Source: a virus. Taken from it: a stretch of DNA of 44,295 nucleotides. Made by a program: the position numbers and the translations under genes. Position 1 is the first letter of the stretch. Every line of letters begins with the position of its first letter. Positions 1 to 9,468 of this stretch are shown here, piece after piece. The notes below the pieces were generated by a model, which had not been told where the DNA came from, did no database searches, and saw nothing but the letters and a program-made list of their open reading frames with translations. The stretch lies in the UHGV virus genome UHGV-0091795, one strand, 5' to 3'.

Positions 1-550
1 TAATTCAAAGCATTACCCCATCAACACTGCGCTCACACGTCCCACCACATCAAAACATGTAAGGCCTTGCAAGCCATTGCGAGGCCTTAGGTGTCTCAGT
101 TTTGTCCCACCTTTTATTACGACTTCCATAGCCAATGAAGATAAACGTGACGACAAACGGCGCAGCAGTCTTCTTTCCCTTCACACTTTTCCCACCCAGC
201 ATGCATACCTTCTACCATAACTGTAGTGAATGTGTTATGAACGAGATGCGGACATTGGCAGCCTCAACAACATGACTGGCATTGAGGCGTATTAATCAGT
301 GGGGAGCAGGTCACGCCATCTATAATGGAAAACGTGCTGGTGACCTGCCGATACTCAGTCTCAGGCAGCGAATACAATTACACATAGTTGGAAAAATATG
401 TTAGCGCAACCAGTGATATCCGCGGCTTTCTCTGGAAAAATGTGTTAGTTTCTCTAAGCCATGTCCATTGCTAAAATAGGTATTCTTTTATTCTGTAAAA
501 ATCGGATATTTTCTCAAGCGCTGATGTAGGAATAGTTTTTTTGTTTATAC

Positions 551-862
551 TCAAACCTGTTTGTGTTTTTTTAGTTCTGCGATAATGTATTCATCATCAA
601 TATAATCCTCTCTCTCTCCAATGAAGTTTATTATGAATTCTTTTGCTTTTAAAGCTTTTGTGATGTGATATTTTTCATTGAATAGAATATACACTTTGAA
701 AATAGAATTGATGTGCTCATTAAAAATCGGCATTATTGGGAAAGATTCATCCATCTGTGTCAGGTCAGTCTTTACCCGACGCCCCCACTTCGAAAATCCA
801 CGAATCAATTCATCTCTCATGAAATATACGATTAACTCTACAATTAATTTTCTGTTAATCAA
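551..862 (-). CDS. hypothetical protein (AT-rich small ORF)
   Basis: 103-aa ORF in AT-rich DNA upstream of the GmrSD-like gene; no motif recognised. Confidence 0.3.
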   Translation of the reverse strand: MINRKLIVELIVYFMRDELIRGFSKWGRRVKTDLTQMDESFPIMPIFNEHINSIFKVYILFNEKYHITKALKAKEFIINFIGEREDYIDDEYIIAELKKHKQV

Positions 863-1447
863 TATGGAACCCTAAAAGAGCACACTTGATCTGTATCATA
901 TCGGCTTAAGTCGCCAAGAATAGCCCCATCTTAATCAATATAATAAGTTTTTTATTCCCCTCTGATCCTGCATACCACCAATGTCCGTTCCTGGCACTTA
1001 GCAGCCCTAGAGACAGTGGCGTAAAGTCATGGAGGAGCGGTGGGAGGAGGTGCAAATCCTCTCATACAAAAAATACGTAAAATCGATAACGGCTTGACAT
1101 AATTCAATACTAGCACTATCGGAAGTTCACCAGCCAGTCGCAGCTGACTATTGTATACGACATGTCTGCAGCTTCAATACCCGATAGTGCCATCTACAAT
1201 GATTTAGCAGCGCTTGGATAAAAAAACAGCAGCAACAGTGTGCTAACAATCTCGACAAAACACCGACGCAATGGAGAACAGACAAAAGAGAATATCCAAT
1301 GAAGCCGTAGCACGTCAGCATTCAAAAGCGGGATTTCTCGTTTTTACTTCACCAGCAACAAATACACTGTATCATGACTACATAAAAATGATTATTCTGA
1401 CTCAGATGAATTTCTTACTCTTGTGGAATGTCACTTATAGGTAAACA

Positions 1448-3337
1448 ATGAAATCCGAAACGCTAACCATCCAGCAACTTTTCCAAAATCAACGACAATA
1501 TCGTGTTCCATTCTATCAACGTGCCTACGTATGGACGCAACAAAACCAATGGTCAGCTTTGCTGGAGGATATCTTCGAAAAAGCACATAGCCGACTTTTG
1601 GGAACAAAACCAACTCCCCATTTCCTTGGCGCGGTGGTGCTGGAACCTCAACTCAAAAACAGCTTGTTAGGTGTAGATACCATACATATTATTGACGGCC
1701 AGCAACGTTTAACCACTCTTCAATATATTCTGGCATCCATTCGATTATCATTGCGTGCTACAGGCCTTTCTGATTTGGAAGGGTTAGTATTGACTTGCTT
1801 GAAAAATACAAACGAAGCAACTATGCGAAATAAAAAGGTAGAATGCTTCAAACTGTGGCCAACTTTTCGAGACCAAACTCATTTTATTCAAAGTTTTAAT
1901 GTTGAAAACATTGACGATCTCCGTGATGTATTTTCTGATAGCTTCACGCAACATGGTACGTTACGTAAACATTTCAACCACCCGCCGTCACTAGAGGCAT
2001 TATGGTTTTTTACTGAAGCCTTTATAAAATGGATTAAAATAGAAAAGTACTCACCACATGAAAATGCTGTAGCACTAATTGAGGCTGTCTTGACGGATCT
2101 GAAACTGGTAAGCATATTTCTCGAAGCTGAAGATGATGCCCAAATAATTTTTGAAACATTAAATGGCCGAGGGGCGGAACTTCATGCCACGGATCTTATT
2201 CGCAACTACATCTTTATGTGCGCTGAGCATGAAAATATTAATGCTATTGAATTATATGAAAATGAGTGGAAGAGCTTTGAAGATACATACTGGTCGGAAA
2301 GGCAACGCCGTGGACGTATTAATAAACCACGCATGGAGTGGCTAGTGCATGCGACATTGCAATCAGAAAGGCAACGTGAAATTGATCTGTCTCGTCTTTA
2401 CAATGAGTATCGTGATTATGTAAGTAAGGACTTGCCTTCACAACGAGCTGATCTGCAAGTAAAGCGCCTCAAACAATATGCATCACAATATAAAGAATTG
2501 GTTGGTGGTTTTGGCACAACCCCCATCTCACACTTTGGACATCGCATCGCAGCCTATGATGTGACGACACTTTATCCGCTTGCTTTGTTCATTTCGATAG
2601 CTAACATCGCCGATGGTGAGAAAGCAGCCATGTATAATGATCTTGTCTCCTACGTAGTACGAAGAGCCGTATGTGGCCTGACGCCAAAGAATTACAACAA
2701 TGTATTTATGAATGTATTGCGGCACTTGTCTAAAACGGAAATTTCCAGTGTTGAGTTACGTAATATCCTCAATAGCTTAAATGGCGAAGCCTCACGTTGG
2801 CCTGGTGACTCAGAATTTCTCAATGCTTGCATCAATGCTCCACTTTATCCTGGCAGGCTCGACGCACCGAAAATGCGCTCAATGTTAACGGAACTTGAAA
2901 GAGAACTTTGTCGCCAAGTGAAGACAGAGAAGCCTGATGTTCCAAATCTTTCCAATCTCGATATCGATCATCTTATGCCTCAAAGTTGGTATTCCTGTTG
3001 GCCTCTCGAAAATGGTCATATGGTGACAAATTCAGATGCAACGGTATTGAACCAAATTGTTCTGTCTGGAACAGATCTTACCCCTGAACAGCTACTGGTA
3101 AGGAAACGGCAACAAGCGATAGCTACGTTGGGAAATCTAACTTTGCTTAACCTTAGCGTAAACCGTTCTGTTCAGAATGCTGTATTTCTGAAAAAACGTG
3201 ATGCTCTCATCGTCCACACCAATCTACGACTGAACATACCACTTATACTTAAGGATAAATGGGATGAAGGTGAAATCCTGGAGCGGGGTAAAAAGTTGGG
3301 GGAAATTGCATTGAAAGTATGGCCAAAACACAATTAA
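1448..3337 (+). CDS. GmrSD-like type IV (modification-dependent) restriction endonuclease, DUF262 N-terminus + DUF1524 C-terminus
   Basis: 629-aa ORF. N-terminus has YQRAYVW and the DGQQR(LTT) signature of DUF262/ParB-like NTPase domains; C-terminus has DIDHLMPQSW, a His-Me finger (DUF1524-like) motif. Confidence 0.7.
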   Translation: MKSETLTIQQLFQNQRQYRVPFYQRAYVWTQQNQWSALLEDIFEKAHSRLLGTKPTPHFLGAVVLEPQLKNSLLGVDTIHIIDGQQRLTTLQYILASIRLSLRATGLSDLEGLVLTCLKNTNEATMRNKKVECFKLWPTFRDQTHFIQSFNVENIDDLRDVFSDSFTQHGTLRKHFNHPPSLEALWFFTEAFIKWIKIEKYSPHENAVALIEAVLTDLKLVSIFLEAEDDAQIIFETLNGRGAELHATDLIRNYIFMCAEHENINAIELYENEWKSFEDTYWSERQRRGRINKPRMEWLVHATLQSERQREIDLSRLYNEYRDYVSKDLPSQRADLQVKRLKQYASQYKELVGGFGTTPISHFGHRIAAYDVTTLYPLALFISIANIADGEKAAMYNDLVSYVVRRAVCGLTPKNYNNVFMNVLRHLSKTEISSVELRNILNSLNGEASRWPGDSEFLNACINAPLYPGRLDAPKMRSMLTELERELCRQVKTEKPDVPNLSNLDIDHLMPQSWYSCWPLENGHMVTNSDATVLNQIVLSGTDLTPEQLLVRKRQQAIATLGNLTLLNLSVNRSVQNAVFLKKRDALIVHTNLRLNIPLILKDKWDEGEILERGKKLGEIALKVWPKHN

Positions 3338-3361
3338 TGCAATTAATAAAATGATTATAGC

Positions 3362-3381
3362 GGCCTTACATTAGTAAGGCC
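3362..3381. terminator. hairpin between the convergent GmrSD-like gene and the invertase remnant
   Basis: Inverted repeat ggccttac-atta-gtaaggcc; no clean T-tract, so function is uncertain. Confidence 0.3.
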
Positions 3382-3562
3382 ACAACTCACTATTAAATCC
3401 TTTAATTTGCATCAAGAACAGCAGTGTCAGCCCTAGGCTCTCGGACTTTGTACCGCTTATCTTATCTTCAAAAATCAGCTCGCATCCTGCACAGTTCAGC
3501 GCATTACGTTGTAGATCTGTGTTCTGGTCATTTGTTGACACACGTACATAGCCAATAAGCAT
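3371..3562 (-). pseudogene. pin: truncated Din-family serine DNA invertase (Pin/Gin/Hin-like)
   Basis: N-terminus MLIGYVRVSTNDQNTDLQRNAL is near-identical to Pin/Gin/Hin including the catalytic Ser region. The ORF diverges after about 45 residues and stops after about 63 codons; intact invertases are about 185-190 aa. Its 3' end abuts the GmrSD-like gene. Confidence 0.75.
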
Positions 3563-3588
3563 GGTAGATCTCCCTGACAAAAGCAGGA

Positions 3589-4131
3589 ATGATGCCATTT
3601 GCTCGTTATTTCTGCATTTTCATAAATGTTGGTTTGGGAGAAGGCTCTGCATTACCGGTTGGGGTGCCTGTTCCGTGGCCTTCAGCCACTCCGCCAACAG
3701 GCTGGCTGAAATGCAACGGTGCCGCTTTTTCTGCTGAAGAATACCCGGAACTGGCAAAGGCTTATCCGACAAATAAATTGCCTGATTTACGTGGTGAGTT
3801 TATTCGTGGCTGGGATGACGGGCGTGGTATTGATGCTGTACGTGCCTTGCTAAGTCTTCAGAATGGAGGAGTGGAATCACACACCCACCAAGGGCAGCTC
3901 TTCAGAGTTAGTGATTATCGTACAAAAGAAATACCAGCATCAGAAGTTATGGGAAGAGGATATATTGCAAGCCTGACGCCGGGTGCTGATAGCCCACTTG
4001 ATTTTGATGATTATTCTGTATCTTCTAATCCAAATGGATATTTTGTCGGGAATCAGAGAACAACAGCATATGGGATAAATGAAACCCGTCCACGGAATAT
4101 TGCATTTAACTATATCGTGAGGGCTGCATAA
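3589..4131 (+). CDS. alternative tail-fibre C-terminal (receptor-binding) segment inside the invertible region
   Basis: Contains PVGVPVPWPSATPPTGWLKCNGAAFSAEEYPELAKAYP, typical of Mu S/P2 H/e14 Stf C-termini. It lies opposite the expressed tail-fibre gene and shares the GLGE junction at the crossover site. Confidence 0.6.
   Translation: MMPFARYFCIFINVGLGEGSALPVGVPVPWPSATPPTGWLKCNGAAFSAEEYPELAKAYPTNKLPDLRGEFIRGWDDGRGIDAVRALLSLQNGGVESHTHQGQLFRVSDYRTKEIPASEVMGRGYIASLTPGADSPLDFDDYSVSSNPNGYFVGNQRTTAYGINETRPRNIAFNYIVRAA
3624..3643. repeat. hix/gix-like inversion crossover site (invertase-proximal copy)
   Basis: aaatgttggtttgggagaag is an inverted copy (18/20 identical) of 5489-5508, about 56 bp upstream of the pin start. 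Confidence 0.6.
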
Positions 4132-4733
4132 TGGATAACGCTGTATTAAATAGCGAGTTTATTGCTACAAAGGCGGGGAATATTACCGTCTATAACTATG
4201 ATGGCGAAACACGGGAATATATTTCCACATCAACTGAATATCTTGCCGTTGGTGTCGGTATCCCTGCATATTCCTGTTTAGATGCCCCTGGCACATACAA
4301 AGCTGGTTATGCAATCTGCCGATCTGTAGATTTTAACTCATGGGAATATGTGCCAGACCATCGCGGTGAAATCGTCTTTAGCACCGAAACAGGAGAATCA
4401 AAAGAAATCACAGTTCCGGGTGATTACCCTGATAATACAACCACTATCGCCCCTTTATCTCCATACGATAAATGGGATGGTGAGAAATGGGTGACCGATA
4501 CTGAGGCACAGCATAGCGCCGCAGTAGACGCGGCAGAAGCACAGCGCCAGTCACTGATTGATGCTGCAATGGCTTCCATCAGTCTGATTCAGCTGAAATT
4601 AAAGGCCGGACGGAAACTGACGCAGGCAGAAACAACCCAGCTTAACGCTGTGCTGGATTACATTGACGCGGTGACGGCAACAGATACCAGCACCGCGCCG
4701 AATGTCATCTGGCCTGAACTGCCGGAGGCGTAG
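4131..4733 (+). CDS. tail-fibre assembly protein (alternative copy, Tfa/U'-like)
   Basis: 200-aa ORF immediately after the alternative fibre segment; its 3' end overlaps the convergent minus-strand tfa gene, as in Mu G-segment and e14 P-segment layouts. Confidence 0.65.
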   Translation: MDNAVLNSEFIATKAGNITVYNYDGETREYISTSTEYLAVGVGIPAYSCLDAPGTYKAGYAICRSVDFNSWEYVPDHRGEIVFSTETGESKEITVPGDYPDNTTTIAPLSPYDKWDGEKWVTDTEAQHSAAVDAAEAQRQSLIDAAMASISLIQLKLKAGRKLTQAETTQLNAVLDYIDAVTATDTSTAPNVIWPELPEA

Positions 4734-5166
4734 GCCATTCAATATCTGGAGCACTGGAGGGATCAACCAGCTCCAGTGCGTCCAGATAATCCAGCCACAA
4801 ATTATATTGTGCCAGTTCCTCACCTTTCAGACGACCGATAGCTGCTTTACCAGGCCATTGCTTACCGTTCATGTATTCGTTGGCATGGTCAATTCTCGAC
4901 TTTTTCTCTGAGTCAGCCGCAGCAAGTTGTTCTTTATGCGTAGGTGACGGAAGATCTACCCAGCAAGGCAACCCATCATCACCAATGCCACGCATTTTAC
5001 CCTCAGGAGCGTTTCCCATGAAAACCAGTGCATCTTCAGCATTTATATTGATGCCGTCTGACGGCCATGTGCCAGCAGTTAAATAATCATATTTCAGTGC
5101 CACAAGATAAAAAGCATTTTCCGTCGGGCTGAATACATAGTCGACCATTAATATCCTACTCCCCAT
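4705..5166 (-). CDS. tail-fibre assembly protein (Tfa/U-like)
   Basis: 153-aa ORF directly downstream of the tail-fibre gene; C-terminal region resembles the plus-strand copy ([20 protein letters not shown] versus [23 protein letters not shown]). Confidence 0.65.
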   Translation of the reverse strand: MGSRILMVDYVFSPTENAFYLVALKYDYLTAGTWPSDGININAEDALVFMGNAPEGKMRGIGDDGLPCWVDLPSPTHKEQLAAADSEKKSRIDHANEYMNGKQWPGKAAIGRLKGEELAQYNLWLDYLDALELVDPSSAPDIEWPTPPAVQAR

Positions 5167-5792
5167 ACTGCCACTGTTGAATTAGATTTCGTGTATGCGC
5201 AAGCGGCTTTGAATTTGACCCGGTCAACAATCGCTGCGCTAACAAAAGGGGCTCCATTAGTCGCGTAGATCACAGAATTGACCAGCGAAGGATTGATGGA
5301 AAGGCAAGCATTAGGAAAGGCAACCGGCCATGAGTCATCAACAACGACCATATTACCGTCGGTAGATTGCGGCACTGATAGCGTCTTCCACTGAAGCAAT
5401 GCTGTTCGTTGTACTCCACCAATTAATACTGGAATAGTGATGTTACCTGCACTGCTGGCTAATGCTGTCGCAGCAGGCATTTTCGCTGCTTCTCCCAAAC
5501 CAAGGTTTTCGAGAGCCGTTTTCACCGTGCCATCCGATTTGATATCGCCAAACGGATTCTTGCGGCTTAACAGCAGCGCACGAAGCGCGGTAAGCAGCTG
5601 GTCATGCCGCCCCTTCTCCAGGCTGGCACCGGAGGCCTCCACCACGCTGCAAAGCTCCTCCTGCAACATGTCAAAGTAGTCATCATCCAGATCGGTGGCA
5701 GGTGTGCCGGTCTGGGGGTTACCACGGGTAAAACCGTTCTTACCCGCGCCGAACTTATCCTTCTGCGCGGTTTTCGTGTCTATACGATGCAT
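5148..5792 (-). CDS. tail-fibre protein (constant N-terminus + currently expressed variable C-terminus)
   Basis: 214-aa ORF following the baseplate genes; the crossover site lies inside the gene at about codon 95 ([10 protein letters not shown]). Confidence 0.65.
   Translation of the reverse strand: MHRIDTKTAQKDKFGAGKNGFTRGNPQTGTPATDLDDDYFDMLQEELCSVVEASGASLEKGRHDQLLTALRALLLSRKNPFGDIKSDGTVKTALENLGLGEAAKMPAATALASSAGNITIPVLIGGVQRTALLQWKTLSVPQSTDGNMVVVDDSWPVAFPNACLSINPSLVNSVIYATNGAPFVSAAIVDRVKFKAACAYTKSNSTVAVWGVGY
5489..5508. repeat. hix/gix-like inversion crossover site (inside the tail-fibre gene)
   Basis: cttctcccaaaccaaggttt contains the palindromic core aaaccaaggtttt resembling Hin/Gin recombination sites; inverted copy of 3624-3643. 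Confidence 0.6.
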
Positions 5793-5795
5793 GGA

Positions 5796-6380
5796 TTACT
5801 CCGGATATTTAAAAATTATGTAGGTATGCGACGGGCAGAGTTTGTTAAGCACACACTCGACAACGGTGTCGCCCCAGATACGCAGTGCGGAATCACAGGG
5901 ATCGCCACATGTCATCCAGGTGGTGTTGGTGTCGGCTGGCATGTTGATCTGCCAGTAATACCGCCATTCCGGCGCATTCACCGCGTCAGTACAGGCCGAT
6001 GAGCAGGTGAACGTGCTTTTGTCGTATCGCGTGATGGTGGCATCTGGTCTGCCCAGGGCAGCAAGCTGTGCAAGATAAAAATCCTCGTTGATGCCGCCCG
6101 CCAGGTTAACCTTCGCATCCAGCCGTTGCTGACGCTGGCGAAGGGTCTGCGTTACCGCCGGAATACATTCATCCGGCAGACCGCACAGACGCTCCCAGCG
6201 GTTTATCAGTTCAGTGGTGGTGCGCGGATCCAGCTCCCGCATCAGGGCATCCGCACGCTGATGAACGCGGGTTAATGACGGTGCTGCACCGGCAATCGCC
6301 GGATCGCTGGCTGACCACGCCGGACCAGGGGGCAACAGTGCCGACAACAGACGGATGTAATCATCGTTTGTCACGTCCAT
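5796..6380 (-). CDS. phage tail protein (Mu gp48-like, DUF2313/YmfQ-like)
   Basis: 194-aa ORF between the baseplate J-like gene and the tail fibre, in the Mu-like gene order. Confidence 0.5.
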   Translation of the reverse strand: MDVTNDDYIRLLSALLPPGPAWSASDPAIAGAAPSLTRVHQRADALMRELDPRTTTELINRWERLCGLPDECIPAVTQTLRQRQQRLDAKVNLAGGINEDFYLAQLAALGRPDATITRYDKSTFTCSSACTDAVNAPEWRYYWQINMPADTNTTWMTCGDPCDSALRIWGDTVVECVLNKLCPSHTYIIFKYPE

Positions 6381-7429
6381 GAAATCGTCCCCAGAACCGC
6401 CAGTTCATTTTTCGCAATGGAGATATTGTCCGCCGGGGCAAGCAACTGATGGCTGTATTCCCCGTTCGCACCGGAAATCGCTTCACTGATACGTGACACC
6501 TTCAGTTCTCCCTGCGGATAACCATCACGCAGCAGGAACGAACGCAACTCGGCGGTGATGGCAGCCCGTATTTCCGGTGTGTCCGGCGTCACGCGGATAT
6601 GAAAATCCACTTTATGCGCCACCGGCCTGAATACATACAAATCAGAGCCTGCCACCGGGGCCAGTGGCTCGATATGTTGTCTTGCCGACGTTTCCGTTGA
6701 CTCTTCCGGAATGGGATTAATCAGGTCACTGCTGGCAATCATCACACCGACAGTCCCCGTTCCCATCCAGTGTCGGTATATCCATGCGCGGGTAATGCCG
6801 GGCACTTCTTTAGCCCAGACGACATAGTCCCCGTCAGCCCCGCCCTGAGGCGTCCAGTAATACCGCTCAATGACGCGGGCGCGCCACGTTTCCAGATCTT
6901 CAGCATCAAATCCGCCTGTCAGGGTGTCAGCCACACCGGAAGACGGCAGACCATTCACCGGCGTGACCAGGATTAATGCCGTACCGTCGTCAGTGTTACC
7001 GACCGCGCCTGCATTTGAGCAGGCGATCGGCACACGCAGGACACCACCGGAGCTGGTTGCATCGGCAGTTGCCGTGTACTGAACCAGGTCATCGCGCTGA
7101 ATCACGCTCCCGGCAGTCACCTTCAGGCCATCGCTGACACCTTCCCAGCGCATATACCCGCTGGCAGCCGTGGCCCCCTTGCGCGGACACCGTTTCATCG
7201 CAGCATGTCGCGCCAGCCAGGACTCATCGCACAGGTCAGGCAGCATGTTCATTGCCAGATAATCGATGTACCCGTAAACCGTATGCAGCGCCGCCGCATA
7301 CACCTTTGCCCGCACGTCTTCATCCATGCGCCGGAGCGTGTCGCTGACGTCCAGCCTGGCGAATAAATCGTTACGGAGCATACTGATATTTTCTGCCAGC
7401 GTCGGGCGCTGAAATTCACTGTCCGCCAT
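6371..7429 (-). CDS. baseplate J-like protein (Mu gp47-like)
   Basis: 352-aa ORF in a conserved position within the Mu-like baseplate block; overlapping start/stop coupling with neighbours. Confidence 0.55.
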   Translation of the reverse strand: MADSEFQRPTLAENISMLRNDLFARLDVSDTLRRMDEDVRAKVYAAALHTVYGYIDYLAMNMLPDLCDESWLARHAAMKRCPRKGATAASGYMRWEGVSDGLKVTAGSVIQRDDLVQYTATADATSSGGVLRVPIACSNAGAVGNTDDGTALILVTPVNGLPSSGVADTLTGGFDAEDLETWRARVIERYYWTPQGGADGDYVVWAKEVPGITRAWIYRHWMGTGTVGVMIASSDLINPIPEESTETSARQHIEPLAPVAGSDLYVFRPVAHKVDFHIRVTPDTPEIRAAITAELRSFLLRDGYPQGELKVSRISEAISGANGEYSHQLLAPADNISIAKNELAVLGTISWT

Positions 7430-7844
7430 GCGTTATCGCACTCCACAGATCATCAAAAGAAATCATTACCGGTCCGTCACGACGCCAGAGAGTGATACTG
7501 TTACCCAGTTCATTAATCCCGGTGCGGCGGATATCCAGATCAATACGGGACACCACGCCATCATCAATCATCCATTGCAGGCATTCGCGGATATACCCCC
7601 TTACCGTCTGCACCAGCTGATTGGTCAGTTTGCTGCGCTGAAGCAGCCACAGTCGGGAGCCGTAACGGTCATTCTGTACCGCAGGCCAGGTATCCCCCCA
7701 CCATCCCATCGGGACGTCGGCGTTGTCATCAGGCTCCGCCCGCCGCCAGGTAAACAGGGAAATCACCACGGAGCGGGTCAGCGGATCCAGCGGTGCGCTG
7801 GCGCAGGTGCGTTTACCGTTCACCGTCAGCCACAGTTCCATCAT
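7416..7844 (-). CDS. baseplate protein (Mu gp46-like)
   Basis: 142-aa ORF, translationally coupled within the baseplate operon. Confidence 0.5.
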   Translation of the reverse strand: MMELWLTVNGKRTCASAPLDPLTRSVVISLFTWRRAEPDDNADVPMGWWGDTWPAVQNDRYGSRLWLLQRSKLTNQLVQTVRGYIRECLQWMIDDGVVSRIDLDIRRTGINELGNSITLWRRDGPVMISFDDLWSAITHGGQ

Positions 7845-8389
7845 GCCTCCATCGCTTTATCCGGTTTGTCGGTGTTACTGCCCTGACCGTTCTCTCTGTG
7901 ACGATGCCCGTTATAGGCAAGCCGCATCGCTGACATGGTGGTGCCGCCGGAGTCGCACAGGTCTTTCACCTGTCCTGTCACTTCCAGGTCCATTTCAAAA
8001 CGTGCTTCAGGTGCATTGCGAAACGTGATCGTTTTACCTGCACCGTCCACCACGATCCCCTCCCGGGTCAGCGTCACAGACTGCCCCTGATCGTCATAGA
8101 CAGCCACCTCACCCGTCTGCAGCCCTTTCAGGCGGTAGCGCCGGTCCGACACCGTAACAACCACCGCATGAGAACGGTCGCCATCCGGAAACAACACCAC
8201 CGCTTCCGCACCGCTGTTTGCCCTTGCGGTAAAACCGTAGGGTTCAAGATGTTCAACCCCGGCTTTGGGTTCACCGGCAATCAGGGACACATCCACGGTC
8301 TGACATTTCGTGGCGGCACTGATGCTTTTCACCACTGCCCGCCCAATCAGGCCGAGAAGTTGTCGCTGCATGGCTTCAATCGTCCTCAT
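7841..8389 (-). CDS. baseplate assembly protein V-like (Mu gp45-like spike)
   Basis: 182-aa ORF in the conserved position; glycine-rich beta-strand-like composition. Confidence 0.5.
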   Translation of the reverse strand: MRTIEAMQRQLLGLIGRAVVKSISAATKCQTVDVSLIAGEPKAGVEHLEPYGFTARANSGAEAVVLFPDGDRSHAVVVTVSDRRYRLKGLQTGEVAVYDDQGQSVTLTREGIVVDGAGKTITFRNAPEARFEMDLEVTGQVKDLCDSGGTTMSAMRLAYNGHRHRENGQGSNTDKPDKAMEA

Positions 8390-9468
8390 CAGAACGGGTC
8401 CTCCTGTACTCTGGCTTTTTTCTTTTTCCGCGCGCCGGGGGCTTCGGGTTCAGGCAGATAAGCATCAGGTGGGCCGACACGGATTTCCGTCAGAGTGCCG
8501 TTCTGGTCCTGAGTAAACGTGACTTCCGAGACAAGCAGTTCGGTATTGTCGAAACCACAGACCGGATCGAAGACAATCACCCGCTGGTTGGGCTGCCACA
8601 GCGTACCGTTACCCTGTCGCCAGCCCTGCACCACATAGGTGGTTTCATCCGTCCGCGCCGCCCGTTGTCGGGCTTCAAAGTCAGCACGCGCAATACAACC
8701 TGCCCCCGTGGCCTGCCCTGTCTGCCTGATATACATCGGACGGTAACGGGCAATAAATGCGTCCTCTGTGCGGGCCCGCAGCGCGGTGGTGGTGGCCTCA
8801 CCGAAATCATCGTCGTTTCCGGCACGCTGCCCCGCCACCTGGTAAACAGAAAACCGCTCCCGGATACTCTTCTCCGTATCACAGGAAAGGATGTTTTCCC
8901 CAAGTACCAGCGCGGTATGTGCCCGCGTTGAGCCAATACCGCCAATCACCAGCCTGCCGTGCGGGTCGTCGTAAGCCAGCGCCTGCTGCTGACCGAGTAT
9001 TTTGTTGATTACCTCAATCACCGTTTCACCGTGATCAGGCTGAACATCAGGAATAACACCCGACGGCGCACCGCTGTTCACCACCTCAATGCCGAAAGGC
9101 GCAGCAAGCGCCTGCGCAATCTGCACCAGCGAGCGTCCGTTAAACTGTGTCGGTTCGGCTGCACAGTCAATCAGGTCAGCCGTCAGACTACGTCCGGCAA
9201 TACCGGTACTGACCGAACGGGCATCGTAACGAACGGGAGTCGCCTCCACCCAGCCGGTAATCACCAGCTCATCACCAATCAGCACTTCCACTTTTGAACC
9301 GTTTTTAATGCGCGGCTGAAGCGTGGTGATACCCTCATCTCCCGGCCACTGGCGAGTGATCTCCACACTGAAATCCCGCGCCAGCCGTTCAATACCGGCA
9401 CCGATGCGCACCGATGTCCAGCCATTCCACTCCCGGCCATTTACCCGTAGCGTGACATTGTCGTTCAT
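8389..9468 (-). CDS. tail/baseplate hub protein (Mu P/gp44-like)
   Basis: 359-aa ORF between the DNA-circulation-like and baseplate V-like genes. Confidence 0.5.
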   Translation of the reverse strand: MNDNVTLRVNGREWNGWTSVRIGAGIERLARDFSVEITRQWPGDEGITTLQPRIKNGSKVEVLIGDELVITGWVEATPVRYDARSVSTGIAGRSLTADLIDCAAEPTQFNGRSLVQIAQALAAPFGIEVVNSGAPSGVIPDVQPDHGETVIEVINKILGQQQALAYDDPHGRLVIGGIGSTRAHTALVLGENILSCDTEKSIRERFSVYQVAGQRAGNDDDFGEATTTALRARTEDAFIARYRPMYIRQTGQATGAGCIARADFEARQRAARTDETTYVVQGWRQGNGTLWQPNQRVIVFDPVCGFDNTELLVSEVTFTQDQNGTLTEIRVGPPDAYLPEPEAPGARKKKKARVQEDPF

